A program made the translations under genes and the position numbers. Shown piece after piece: positions 12,441-24,615 of a stretch of 64,000 nucleotides of DNA (positions are counted from its first letter, which is position 1; each line of letters opens with the position of its first letter). The notes beneath the pieces were generated by a model. That model did no database searches, had not been told where the DNA came from, and was given only the letters and a program-made list of their open reading frames with translations. Origin of the DNA: Phoronis australis (lineage: Eukaryota; Animalia; Phoronida); contig NMRA01000064.1 in assembly GCA_002633005.1 (NCBI GenBank), forward strand, positions 439,977-503,976. Direction: 5' to 3'.

Positions 12441-14495
12441 NNNNNNNNNNNNNNNNNNNNNNNNNNNNNNNNNNNNNNNNNNNNNNNNNNNNNNNNNNNN
12501 NNNNNNNNNNNNNNNNNNNNNNNNNNNNNNNNNNNNNNNNNNNNNNNNNNNNNNNNNNNNNNNNNNNNNNNNNNNNNNNNNNNNNNNNNNNNNNNNNNNN
12601 NNNNNNNNNNNNNNNNNNNNNNNNNNNNNNNNNNNNNNNNNNNNNNNNNNNNNNNNNNNNNNNNNNNNNNNNNNNNNNNNNNNNNNNNNNNNNNNNNNNN
12701 NNNNNNNNNNNNNNNNNNNNNNNNNNNNNNNNNNNNNNNNNNNNNNNNNNNNNNNNNNNNNNNTTGCGGCACATCATATTATTAAAGTAATGACATTTAT
12801 TTTGCTTTTGGTATTTTTACAAAAAGATGAAGTACATGAAATTACAGCTCTGAAACACCAGTTTGGAGTTAAGCAAGGTCCATGTCCCTATATAAAGTAC
12901 AGAATGGCAGTGGCATGTGAGTTTATTGAAAGCAGACACTCTGGCAACCAACCACGTGCTAATGATTGACAGGTCTACCAAATAGTTAGAAAACAGTTTG
13001 AATATTGCAACATTTTAAATACTTTGTATATTTCTTTCCAAGTTGAAAGGGCCAACTTCCCTTTGATTTACTGGGAGTCTTAGTAATCTTTCAATGTGGG
13101 TGTCCAATCTGGAGAAATTCTGATTGACAGGGGGTCCAAATGATACATTGGGCGTCCTTGCCAGGGCGTCTACATTAGTGTTAGGGCGTCCAAATGGACG
13201 CCCAGGACGTACGCTGCATGAAGGCCTGCTCCCGAGTGTCATACCTTGTAATATTATATATAGTGTATTGGGGACAATCAGAAGCTGAGGATGCCTGTGC
13301 TCTCTAGCCCATCTTGGACTAGGCAATTACATCGCCCGGGCTGAATGCATCCCCATAAAAAGTTACTCATTTCAAAATACAGCAAGTAAAAGCGAATGAA
13401 ACATGCATATATCCACATGGAGTTATAATTAACACATACCATGTCTCTGGATACAATTTAGTCAACATAACTTGAACTGAAGTTCATGTTGAGCCATAGG
13501 CATAGCATTGCCAGGCATCTTTAATCAACCGGTGCACTTGTTCTGCTGACTTGAATTGTGTTTTGAATGTGAGTTGTGACTTGTGTTGATTGTCTGCAAT
13601 TCTTGGGTTGGTTGATGCTCAATGGGAATATCTTGTGGTGTGGATTGGAACATGGTTCTGTTTAGTAAATCTCAGGTTGCCAAATGAAAACAGAGGTCAC
13701 CCTAATGAGATCGGGAGTTGCTGACCAAAACATTACATGCCCGTGTCACCATTAAAATTACTCATACTTGTTCCATTTCTTCTCTAAATAAACATCAATC
13801 GCTGAGTATTGCTGTATACATTTTTCTTACGCAACACATCACCATGTCTGACGATCCATGGTTGCCATTTTTCCCTCATTCAACATGGCTTCCAATGTTG
13901 ACTCTCCGATTGCTTAAAAAAATCTTTACCTGAGTTCGTAATTTATTCAGATGTATTTCTCAGTTGTATATGATTGGTTCATCTTAACTCAGTGTAACTG
14001 AATTCCTCTCACTTACGGAGATTGCAAATGATCAGAAACACTGAAGGCGCATGTTTCATGGTCAGACCTTGCACAATTTTTGCCAAACGATTCTAACTTG
14101 GTTTCTTTACTTTGTGTTGCAATTTGAGTGTGTGTTTGATATGTGCTAACTGCTGAGGGTGGCAAATGCACTTACTTTACGTTATAAACTGAACAATTGT
14201 GAACCAGATATTGAAGCTTGGAAAAAAAATGTTATTAATTTAAAATTAATCTGTGGATGTCACCCCAAATTTTGAAGAAGCAAATTTCAAGTGATATATT
14301 GTCTGACTCTGTTACTGGCTGTGGCAAATTTGTGGTAACTTGGAATTTTTGGCGTTGCTAAATCAACCACTGATATATATGTATATATATATATGTTACA
14401 GAGTTGGTAGACCAAGTCATCGAGTTTAAATAGCCCTGGGACTACATTTGACTGTGACTTTTTTGTACGTCGTTGCTGTACAGAGGTTAAGCACC

Positions 14496-14693
14496 ATGAA
14501 TAAATTTCGAATGTTTTTAGCTACTGGAGCAATTTTTGGTGTTTTTTTCTTGTACACACAAGGTATAAGGCCCACTATGAAGCAACGGAAACTGAAGAAA
14601 ATTGGAGATGAAGTACAGACATATTTGGACAAGAAAGAGAGTAAGGAGCACTCTCTGGTCGCTGCTACCGAACAGACAGATTCAAAGTGGTAA
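14496..14693 (+). CDS. Unannotated 65-aa single-pass membrane microprotein: MNKFRMFLATGAIFGVFFLYTQGIRPTMKQRKLKKIGDEVQTYLDKKESKEHSLVAATEQTDSKW
   Basis: Good Kozak context gcaccATG, 12 nt after a candidate acceptor (gttgctgtacag|, 14483). N-terminal hydrophobic helix, then a basic patch and a charged helical tail. Stop lies 76 nt before the RSAD1 ATG. Confidence 0.6.
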   Translation: MNKFRMFLATGAIFGVFFLYTQGIRPTMKQRKLKKIGDEVQTYLDKKESKEHSLVAATEQTDSKW

Positions 14694-14769
14694 CTGAAAC
14701 ACCCAGGTCTACGCCAATCAAGCAATTAACATTTAGGCTGGTGATAAGTACAATCAATCAGCTGCAAAT

Positions 14770-16095
14770 ATGTGTGTGGGCATTCTTAGAAGATCGTCCA
14801 TTTTGAAACTGGTGTCTGATTCTTCGTTTACAAGATTCAGTCGTGCCAAACATAAAGATCCTGCGGCCTGCAAAACTGTGGTTACGCCGGAACAACCTGT
14901 TGAGTTTCCAAAGTATTATCAAAAAAGGGCTGCCCTCTATGTCCACTGGCCATACTGTCAGCGGAGGTGTACGTATTGTAATTTCAACAAGTATGTGAAA
15001 CGAAATGTGGACCAATCTAGGATGCAGAATTGTCTCGTGCAAGAGGCAGAGACCATTATTGAGATGTCGGGAATAAAACATATCACTTCCATTTTCATTG
15101 GAGGTGGAACTCCAAGTCTAGCACATCCTGATGTGGTCGCTAGTATCGTCAGTGCTGTTCAGGGAATACTTGAAGATGGCGCCGAGGTCACCATAGAATG
15201 TAATCCAACCTCTGTACAAAGTGAAAAATTAGAAGAATTTAAAAAAGCAGGTGTAAATCGTGTATCCTTGGGGGTACAGACATTGCTGGATGAAGACCTC
15301 AAAGTTCTAGGCAGGGATCACACTGTTGATCAGTCTCTGCAGTGTTTGGAAACTGCTAAACAATTGTTCAAGGGACACACATCAGTGGATATCATGTTTG
15401 GCCGGCCTCGACAGGCATTAGAGTCTTGGAAAAATGAACTTTCTGCTCTCTTGAATATTTGTGATGATCACGTGTCTTTATATGAGCTTACGTTAGAAAG
15501 AGGAACATCGCTTTTTAAAAGCGTTTCTAACAATCAACTTTCCGTACCCAAAGATCATGTGAAGGCGGACATGTACCAATATGCTGTTGACAGATTTGAT
15601 GCAGATGGATGGTGTCAATATGAAGTGTCTAATTTTGCAAGGAATGGAGCTGTGAGTAAGCACAATACTTCATACTGGAATGGGTCACTTTACATAGGTT
15701 TAGGACCTGGGGCACACAGTCGAGTGATTTGTGATGGTCGCAGAGAGGCCAGGATCCAAACATTAGAACCAGATCCATGGATGAGGGAAGTTGAGATGTA
15801 TGGTCATGGAACAAGGAGAAGAGTACAACAGTCACTCCTGGACTGTCTGTTTGAGGTCCTCATGTTGGGTTTAAGGACAAACGTGGGTGTAAGAAATTCT
15901 GTTTGGAGTACGTTCTGTGATACGAGCCTGATCACAATTTTTGAGTCTGTGGACGTGGTAAAACAGTTGTGTTCGAACGGTCTTCTATTACTGGATGGCA
16001 ATGGAATGAGAACAACTCCCAGAGGTCTTGCCATTATCGACAACATTCTCCCTCATTTGTATGTTGCATTGACAGATTTCTTTAATAAAAATTAA
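14770..16095 (+). CDS. RSAD1: Radical SAM domain-containing protein 1, mitochondrial (HemW/RSAD1 heme chaperone), 441 aa, uninterrupted ORF
   Basis: YVHWPYCQRRCTYCNF (CxxxCxxC with the HemW-type upstream His), GGGTPS, E.NP, GVNRVSLGVQ, YEVSNFA, HNxxYW and GLGPGAHS motifs; R/S-rich N-terminus resembling a mitochondrial presequence. Confidence 0.95.
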   Translation: MCVGILRRSSILKLVSDSSFTRFSRAKHKDPAACKTVVTPEQPVEFPKYYQKRAALYVHWPYCQRRCTYCNFNKYVKRNVDQSRMQNCLVQEAETIIEMSGIKHITSIFIGGGTPSLAHPDVVASIVSAVQGILEDGAEVTIECNPTSVQSEKLEEFKKAGVNRVSLGVQTLLDEDLKVLGRDHTVDQSLQCLETAKQLFKGHTSVDIMFGRPRQALESWKNELSALLNICDDHVSLYELTLERGTSLFKSVSNNQLSVPKDHVKADMYQYAVDRFDADGWCQYEVSNFARNGAVSKHNTSYWNGSLYIGLGPGAHSRVICDGRREARIQTLEPDPWMREVEMYGHGTRRRVQQSLLDCLFEVLMLGLRTNVGVRNSVWSTFCDTSLITIFESVDVVKQLCSNGLLLLDGNGMRTTPRGLAIIDNILPHLYVALTDFFNKN

Positions 16096-17472
16096 AACTT
16101 CATCTTGCCCTGTTTAATTGGCTAAAAATAAAAGTCTAATTAAGTCATTTACTCTCGTAAATTTGGTCTCATAATATTACTTACCATGATAGGATTCTGT
16201 CTGAGTTTCGAACAAGAACATTGAAACCATCAGTTAATCAAGAAAATGTTTCAGCTCTTTTACTGGGATTTGCCTACTATACAATAAAAGGGTAGATACA
16301 ACAGTGGTGCATGTACACGTCTCCTGTGACTCAAGTTGCTGGCTATTCAAGATGAGATGACCACTTGGCTTAAGAATTGAACATTAACAGCTGTACAATG
16401 ATGAAATGTAACTCAAACAAATTAATTCCAAAAATATTGGGTGCATTGCCGTATTTTTTCAACACATGTTCTCACTACCACACTGAATGACAATAAAAAT
16501 ATATATACATTTCCACCTTATATTTAGCTGGTCGCCCATACAGAGCAGTTGACTTAAATTATATTCGCCATAATCTCCAATGTCTGAACACAGGTTTTGA
16601 TCTCGGTTTCAATCTCCATGACGTTTCCATGGAGTAAATATTGTCACAATTCTCTTACAAACATTCTGAACATGAAGGTGATAATGTTGCGGAACCATCT
16701 GGATTTCTGGTGAAATGGGTATATATATGTGTATGTATATATATGTGTATGTGTGTGTCGGGATTTTAGGTTTTTTAATTTCGTTGGGAATCACTGACAA
16801 GTCATCAATTTCTACTTCCTGACCTTTGCCCTACTAGTTAACGAAACAATTTCCATATTCCAAACAAGGGTACATCTTGCTTTTGTGCGACATGAATGAT
16901 AAAAATGAAGCTAGGATTGGCCAGTAATCATAATTGAGATTTTACCCAATTAGATGAGTTTATATCACAACATGCGAGCTGGTTTCAATACCAACTAAAG
17001 TAGGAATTGTAGTATACCCTACTACATTTTCAGTGCACATCAAACTGCACTGCGAATGACATGTATTTTTGTAATCTGCTAGACCCTCCAATATGATTCA
17101 ATCTTAATCAAATGTACGCAGTCCAATATCCTCAAATTTGTGAATACATCTCCAGAAAACGTCTTAGACTTTGAAAAACATTTTGTGCACTGGTGTTTTC
17201 AAGTGAAGACCTCATAACAAGCACACATGGAATACAAGCTCAGAACATTGCAGGTTTTGTCAAGTGGAATCTTCCAGTTTATACTCAAGTTGGCAGACCC
17301 TGGTGGCCGACTTCAAATTGACCAAGAGGTTAATCCTAATATCTGGTTTTCTTTCATTTTGTTCAACGCGTTTCTGACGGTCTGGTTGTTTGCTCAGATT
17401 TTAAAGGCCATAGTTCCTAATGAAAATGTACATTCTGTTTTTGGTGCGATTAATATACACTTGCGTGTGATC

Positions 17473-17632
17473 TGGTCATGTGACCCATTTGAACCGTGTA
17501 TGAATTGTGTTCGGTCTCACTCGTACTGGTCATGTGACCCATTTGAACCTTGTATGAATTGTGTTCGGTCTCACTCGTACTGGTCATGTGACCCATTTGA
17601 ACCTTGTATGAATTGTGTTTGGTCTCACTCCT
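17473..17632. repeat. Minisatellite, 54-bp unit x3
   Basis: tggtcatgtgacccatttgaacc(g/t)tgtatgaattgtgttcggtctcactcgtac repeated head-to-tail. Confidence 0.92.
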
Positions 17633-18047
17633 ACAAAAAATGTGTGAGCTAAGAATATCAATTCCACCAATTTGATAGTGCAGTTGTCGGTGACCTTTGT
17701 CATGAGCCCTGCATTTGCGTGATTATCTGTTCTGAGCCATCTACATGAAAAATTAGTGTATTTCATGTTCTCGCTGGACTATAATGGTTCATCATGACGA
17801 TGACATTGGCACGCATACTGGGCTGAGTGCAGTGTGTAGTATGTTTCATAAACAACAAGGTAAAACTTTTTACACAATCGTCAAATTTGAGCTGAAAAAT
17901 AGGACAAAAGTGTATCGTAGCTCTGTATGTGTCTTCAGGGGGCTCACATACCAACCTTAGATTGAAATATCTTTACACTTCGAAAAGCAATACATAGCCA
18001 AAAACAAAGCAACAAGTTAAAAATCACGAAAACATGTATCATGAAAT

Positions 18048-18053
18048 TTTATT
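18048..18053 (-). terminator. Probable polyadenylation signal (AATAAA) of PDZ-LIM gene A
   Basis: AATAAA on the minus strand about 800 nt past the stop, followed by a GT/T-rich downstream element (reverse of aaaacaaagcaacaag). Confidence 0.45.
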
Positions 18054-18844
18054 AAATATGCTAGGAAGTCAATATCACAATCCTAATACAAAGCCATAAA
18101 AGCTAAATAACCAACACATTTAATAAATGAAATCTGGTTAATAAAGACACAGGATACTAGTAGCAACAGAACACTCCATGCACTAGATTACTGAACAAAC
18201 TGTTGTAAAGTGCAATTCTCCCAACATTTGAATATCAACACATTAATGGCACACCGACTAACATAAAGATTTAACATGACGAAATACACATGATTAATTG
18301 CATAACTAACAAAACTTGAATCAAAATTGGCAAGATCAATTCTCAAATCCTAATTTCTTAATTCCCAAAGAATTAATTCATGAACTTTTGAATAAGCATA
18401 ATTTAAGTTTAGAATATTTTCACCAGTCATCAGTTGCTATACAAGCACCTGTGAAACTAGTTACATTCATTTGTACAACCAAACTTTCATGCATTTAAGA
18501 ATTGTAAGCAGTTGATAAAAAATTGCAAATGGTGATAACATACTTACACTAACACTACACAATTTAAAACATGATAAACGCAGCATTGTTCTTGTGATAC
18601 TTAACACAATTCCATAAGAGATAAGCTAAGCTTGAACCGCAACCAATCAACCGCATATTCCCGTTCACTAGGATCCCATTAATAGTAACGTTAGAGTATC
18701 TAAAACCTTGCGTAGGGCACAGAATTGCACTAAACTGACTCTGCTGCACAGTAGACAAAGTTAATCACAGTTTCACTCTCTGATATCTTTCAGTGCTTCA
18801 GTATTGTCGTATGTAGAAGGATGAACAACCAGTGCGATCAGACA

Positions 18845-18922
18845 TTAACGCGCGTGTTTCTGGCAGTAAGGCCGACCAACCTTTGGGACAAATGGCTTCC
18901 CTTCCAAGTTGACTTGGCAAGT
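18845..18922 (-). CDS. PDZ-LIM gene A exon 12 (last): TCQVNLEGKPFVPKVGRPYCQKHAR*
   Basis: ttttgcag| acceptor, phase 0, TAA stop. Spliced CDS is 2043 nt with exon 3a (680 aa) or 1944 nt with exon 3b (647 aa). Confidence 0.93.
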   Translation of the reverse strand, partial: TCQVNLEGKPFVPKVGRPYCQKHAR

Positions 18923-19312
18923 CTGCAAAATGCCAAAGTGTGTCGATATCTTGTCCACCATGTTGTACATTTACTTCAGTTATCCACCACTCTCGTACAA
19001 GTTGTAGCCAACAGTAACATTAAAATTCTACACGACAACTCGAAATAATTTAAATATGTAGGTTAACTTCATAATCTTTAGAAATACATATTTTATATAT
19101 AACAATATCTATTCAAACACTCCAATAGCTTTCAAATTGACAAATGGTAATTTTTGAAACGAATCTTTGGAATGGTAGTAAACAAGTTCATAAGGTCCTA
19201 AAGAACCGTAAATCATAAGTTAGTTTTTCTGACAGAAGGTGAGTTTCTATCTGCTTTACTTAAACTTGCCAAAAAGAGGGAGTTGTTTTAACTGAAATTA
19301 ATGTATTCTTAC

Positions 19313-19428
19313 TGCACAGTTGAAGCACTCTGAGTGCCAGTTCTTGCCAATGGCCTCCACACAACGGTCGCCAGGCTCAATGGGGAAGTCACATCCATGA
19401 CACTTGGTCTGGAACAGGCTGAACCAGT
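19313..19428 (-). CDS. PDZ-LIM gene A exon 11: LIM3 first part ((D)[38 protein letters not shown])
   Basis: 116 nt, phase 1->0; TKC.GC.FPIE.GDR is typical of the last LIM of Enigma/Zasp. Confidence 0.93.
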
Positions 19429-19899
19429 CTACAAATAATCAGTGTACATGGGTTAAAGGACACAACTGTTTGAATTAACTCAAAAATAAAAGAATTTGAG
19501 ACTCACACACTTAGGTTGGTGCTAACGAAGAGACGATCTTTTCATTAGGTCAAAACAAAGCATAACTGGTTCTGGTCTGTACCCCAAGGTATTTCGAGAC
19601 CCACACTCACCGACTAAATCAAAAAGAAGCATCCAGCCACATCAATTTTAGCCAAGGTCTCATTTTCTTTTGAAAAGCTGCACAAAGGCATGTTAGCAAA
19701 GGTAAAAAAGGTTTGAAATGCCATGATTTCACCAGGCGATGAGTAAAAAGTAAATGCCGCATCATATTTGCTTGTCTCAGGATTTTCTTTTTTGGAAAAG
19801 TGAGAAACTATAAAAATACTGCATCACCAGCTTGATTTCCAAAAGAAATAAAGAACGGTACCAACTATGGTCATTTAGGTCGCTTCCAAGGATTCTCAC

Positions 19900-20020
19900 C
19901 ATTTTCACAGTAAGGCATTCCATTCTCAACGTGGAAATTTCCACTGGTAATTGGAGCTCTACACTGAGTACAGACGAAACATTGAGGGTGCCACTGCTTA
20001 TCAAGAGCATTGACGGTGTC
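19900..20020 (-). CDS. PDZ-LIM gene A exon 10: LIM2 (DTVNALDKQWHPQCFVCTQCRAPITSGNFHVENGMPYCEN)
   Basis: ttttgtag| acceptor, G|GTGAGA donor; 121 nt, phase 0->1; WHxxCFxCxxC...YC. Confidence 0.93.
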
Positions 20021-20558
20021 CTACAAAATGGACAAGAAATGTAAAATTAGGGATACTTTCATGACAGCAAGATATACAAGAAACCGCATCAAACAATGAC
20101 ATAGCAAGCCAAAGGACAGATGTATGCCTTTTATGGTACATTGGTACATAAGGCAGACTCTGGTCAGAAGTCCAGGCACACTGCACTGAACACCTGGGCA
20201 GCAGTCCGTCCATAGATACAAAATCAGGTGCAAAAAGTTAGTGTGATCATGTGGTTTGGTTGTAAAGCATGGTGATATCAAGCAAAATCATGTGTTTTGA
20301 GATTCTTGCGTCTACGTAATTCATGCCTTGCCATGACTTTGGTCATCCAGTATGACAAATTTCCTCATGAGCAAAAGTTTCATCTACCAAACCCAGGGCT
20401 GTCAACCCATAAAGGAGATAATCTGTGACCTTCAGCTTAAAAATCGACATTTTACAAAGGTTTAAATTTCAATCGAAACATGGATCGATACACGCCAAAA
20501 CAACTTTTAATTTCATCAATGTTTTTCAGCTTTTGGTGCCAGCATGATTCATTTTTTC

Positions 20559-20628
20559 CCACACCACCATGGCCCCACACCACCATGGCCCCACACCACC
20601 ATGGCGCCACACTACCATGGCCCCACAC
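20559..20628. repeat. Minisatellite, 16-bp unit x about 4
   Basis: ccacaccaccatggcc repeats. Confidence 0.85.
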
Positions 20629-21526
20629 CTAGTAATTCCTGATTCAAAACGGTGTTGTTGGCAACAGGGTTCTAAGTATTGAATACAGCGTCATTAAATA
20701 CGGTTAATTTCATTCTTGTTTTCTAAATGTAATCAATTCCTTGGTATACTCGTCTCTGAAGTTTCACTCTCGACATCTTAACACGATTTCCAAAGCATAC
20801 GATATCCCACAATGCAAAACCACGTAAGCGCATTTTTCATAGGCCAGTCGTTAAAATACTGCAGCAACTGACCAATCACAAAAGGGGAATTTTGCTTGCA
20901 AATTGCATTCTACACTCTGGTACTCGGGATACGTCTTATTGGTTGGATCTTGCGTTCTCGACAATTTCCATCACTTTCTGGAACTTCTGCCTTCGATCAT
21001 CGCCGAGCTGGCGATTCGAAACACGGATGATTTTAAAGATAATTTTAGTTTTCATTTGATTTTTTGAAAAGAAATGAATGCTCAAAATCCGTAACATTTG
21101 AAAATCCATACAAGATTTTTTAGGCCCTGAAAGTATGCAGAATATGGCTATGTAAATCCGTAACAGTAGGCATCTCTGCAAACCAACAGAAAATTTACAA
21201 AGCAGTGGCGACAGGCCAAACTGTGTAGCTTAAAAGGAAGAAAGTTCCTTTAGCAACACACATATGGTACAGTGATGGCTATTTACCACAAATGGTACTT
21301 TTTGTCAAGCTAAAAGTTTGCTGTCCTATGTCGTCCACTACCCGCCAGTAGAAGAACATGTATGTGCCACTTGATGCCACAACAGGCCATTGTTCCCAAA
21401 TAACGCAGCAACTCAGTGAGTGAAGAAATAATTCAGTGACCGGAACCCTTAATTTTCAGACCACATTTCTCAATCAGCAAGCCATTAAACACTCTGTACT
21501 CAGACCTAATTAAAACCTCTACCTAC

Positions 21527-21713
21527 CCCAACAATAGGCTGCTTGCAAGAACCACACTCAGGAGCAAAGAACTTCGCATAATCCCGCTCACAGTACAGTT
21601 GCCCCGCCTCCTCCACGAATCCAATGTCAATCAGCTTGGTGCCGCAGTTGGGATTGGCGCAGACAAAGTGGTCAGGACACCAGCTCTTACCCAGGGCAAG
21701 GACAAAAGGACCT
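21527..21713 (-). CDS. PDZ-LIM gene A exon 9: LIM1 body and start of LIM2 (GPFVLALGKSWCPDHFVC...YCERDYAKFFAPECGSCKQPIVG)
   Basis: Enigma/Zasp LIM sequence; 187 nt, phase 2->0; GGG|GTAGGT donor. Confidence 0.95.
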
Positions 21714-22289
21714 CTGATGCACGAAAACAGTAACAAGGTGAAGGATAAGTTAAAAATTGATTTTCAAATAAAACTAAAAAACAACAGTTACCCTATTCAA
21801 CAGAAATTACAATAATGTTTAGGATAATGATTTTAATATTTGCACATAAAGTTAGATTTCCCATAACTCTTTATTTTCATTCGATTCAGTTGAAAGTGAG
21901 TACAGCTTAGCAGATCACTGACTGGAATTGCTACAATTGTACGATAAATGTATGAATGATTGACTGCCGGAATATTTGGATGAGCAAGGCCATTTTCAAA
22001 GACTGTAAAATATGTCGAGGATCTCAACCAAACCTTCATAATCTGAAAACTACATATTGTATGGTTAAACAGATTATTCATCCTCTCCTGAATTCATGTT
22101 AAAAGTACATGCAAGCTCACTTACTAGGAGATGAGTTTGAAATTTAGCAAACTACAATCGGCTCTCATCAGAGACTGAAACACCCGTGGTGCTTGTGTTC
22201 TTAAGTAATAGTTAACTAGCACTCATAGTACCCCTTTCATCTAGCTTCACTACACAGATGATACCTTGGTTACACTACCTAGCAACAGC

Positions 22290-22580
22290 ATTGACGTCTT
22301 CACTACTCACATCATCTCTACTGACCCATGTATCCGGTTCACCATGGAAACCAAAACTGGTGGCAAGTTACCATTTCTTGATTTATGCATTCATGTACTG
22401 GTCATATAAAAATCACCAGCTATCATAAGCCTACCCACACCGACCAATACCTTAATTTCTCATCTAACCATCCACTTCAACATAGACAGCCCATTGTCAA
22501 CTCCCTCAGACACAGAGCGGAAAATCACATATCAGAGTGAGATGACTACGAAGATGAGATGAGGCACATTATGGCAGTTT
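22290..22580 (+). mobile_element. Decayed Penelope-like retroelement RT fragment
   Basis: Translates, with disruption, to DPCIRFTMETKTGGKLPFLDLCI...YHKPTHTDQYLNFSSNHPLQHRQPIVNSLRHRA, matching the PLE RT C-terminal pattern FTxE...LPFLD...YRKPTHTDQYL. Confidence 0.82.
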
Positions 22581-22890
22581 TTGAATTAGGCACATGACAG
22601 GCTGACCGATAATTTTTAAAATAGTTGAAGATTCGCCAGCTTCATTTTTAACCTCCAGACTGTATCTCAATGAGTGACCGTAATTCTTTACAGTATTTCT
22701 CGTTCAGTTGCATCATGAGTAAAAACAGATTGTTTATGATTGGCCAGTAACAACAAATGGCATTTTCGGATTTTTTTGACTAAACCAAATCCCAATCTCT
22801 GTATTTTCTCACACACACTGACCCCTATGACCAGTTTATTTCACCAAGAGAGAGTAAAAACGTATCGCACAATGTACTGATTATACACAC

Positions 22891-23115
22891 CTGATAGGCG
22901 AGCCACAGCTACTGCAAACTGGGATCTTGACACTGCCAGCGACAGGCTCCTTGAACTGGGCGGCACCTCTCTTGCCCACTGTGGGCTTCCTGGGCCCCAC
23001 CGGACGGGTGGGCTGCCACTTAACTGGGGCAGGGCCGGATGCAGGCTTGGCCACAGGTGGAGAGAACGGCTTGGAGGGTGGAGCAGTGTGTCCAGTCTGC
23101 AGTGACTGTGGAGCA
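22891..23115 (-). CDS. PDZ-LIM gene A exon 8: Pro-rich linker, GKRG motif and start of LIM1 (KIPVCSSCGSPIR)
   Basis: aatttcag| acceptor, AG|GTGTGT donor; 225 nt, phase 2->2. Confidence 0.9.
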
Positions 23116-23757
23116 CTGAAATTTAGATATGCATACCATGCTAATAGTACACAAGTATTGATGTAGTGTGCACTTGATAACCAATCAAAGCGACAACACA
23201 TCTGAGACAATATCATTTTGTCAAATATTAAGATAAAATGGTTTGAAATCACAAAGGAGAACAATCCCATTTCTAAAATGTTAGCAAGGAGAGGTTACAA
23301 ATCGTGCTCTAAATACTTCAAGAGAGAATAAGTGACATTACTTTGAGATAGACAACAATTCTTAGGTTGGTATGCATAATCAGATATGGATACAAACAAC
23401 AAAGTATGACACACCTTTCATGTACAGTGAAGTAACATTCATATTACACTTAATTACCCAAACACAGGAAAAACATGCTGTGTGCTCACTCAGAACTGTA
23501 ACATTCTCAAGTGAATGCAGAGAGGGTTAGTAAGACCTTCTTTAACCTAGTGCATTTGGGTGCAAACAATAATGCTACGTTAGAGTGACATCTGGAGACT
23601 TCTCCGGACAAGAGACCATGCATGACTGTAACCTTAATGAAAACCACATTTCAAAGATGTCATACAAAATGATAAATCTTCTGCAACCCACTGACACAAC
23701 CGCATAGATCCCCTTGCTTGAACTTTTATCCAATATGTTCCTGACAACATTCCTTAC

Positions 23758-23916
23758 CCATGCACGTGTTCCTCGAGTTTTTTAAAAGAGCGTGACTTGG
23801 CTGTGCCAGGCGACTCTTTCAAGTCGGTGGATTTAGATTCTTCCTCATGCACAAGTTTCCAAGTATCCGAGGGCACATACATTTTGGTCTGGTCATCAAC
23901 GTTTACTTGGACATTC
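23758..23916 (-). CDS. PDZ-LIM gene A exon 7: NVQVNVDDQTKMYVPSDTWKLVHEEESKSTDLKESPGTAKSRSFKKLEEHVH(G) (AM motif)
   Basis: ttattaacag| acceptor, GG|GTAAGG donor; 159 nt, phase 2->2; S.T.KLV.EEE...SRSFK.L pattern. Confidence 0.82.
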
Positions 23917-24615
23917 CTGTTAATAAAACCAACAGGTCATGCAAAGTTAGTTCACGCAAACACACATGCTGGTGAGCCAAACTGTTCGTTTTGCACACAG
24001 AACAATCCTGAAATTAAATTTGTCAACTTGAGCAAACCAATTGCTAAATAACCAAACACTTTCGTTATTACATGCAATCTAATAACACCTATCAAAACTC
24101 CAGCAAAACCGTAACCAATGGTTACATTGTTAATTCCCAAGGACTTCGACCTATTAAGTAAGTATAGGAATGACTACCAACACAGACTTACCATACTGTC
24201 ATTTAGCCAAAATGGATGTAAACCCAAGAACTTTCATCAAAATAGTGACACACCCCTAAAAACCCAGACAACTGACATTTGCATAGAAGCAGTTAACTCC
24301 GCCTCTAGTCTAGCACACTACACATCATATCTTTGTGTCAAATACAGCACCCCAATACTCAGCATTCATAACGGGAGAGAATTCAATGTCTCCAAATCTG
24401 TGTTGCAGCTAAAACTTGGTTACAGAATTCCCAGATCAAATGACCATGTCGTGTTGATGAATACTAGCTAACAAAGGGCATACAACTGAACTAGTCTTTC
24501 AACATGTCTCGGGTGTGAAAGTGCCATGTGCATTTGCTTGTAAGAAATGAATATCAGTTGAAATCAGCGACTCTTTTGGTTCCTTCACATAATTCATTCA
24601 CTGAGTTTCAAGTGC

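Noticed and set aside
14693-14770. Stop-codon readthrough joining the small ORF to RSAD1
   Set aside because: The two ORFs are in different frames (offset 274 nt), so readthrough cannot fuse them.
17227-17652. 141-aa ORF with Cys-rich repeats (WSCDPFEPCMNCVRSHSY x3)
   Set aside because: The repeat arises from a 54-bp (multiple of 3) minisatellite; the rest of the ORF has no recognisable features or splice support.
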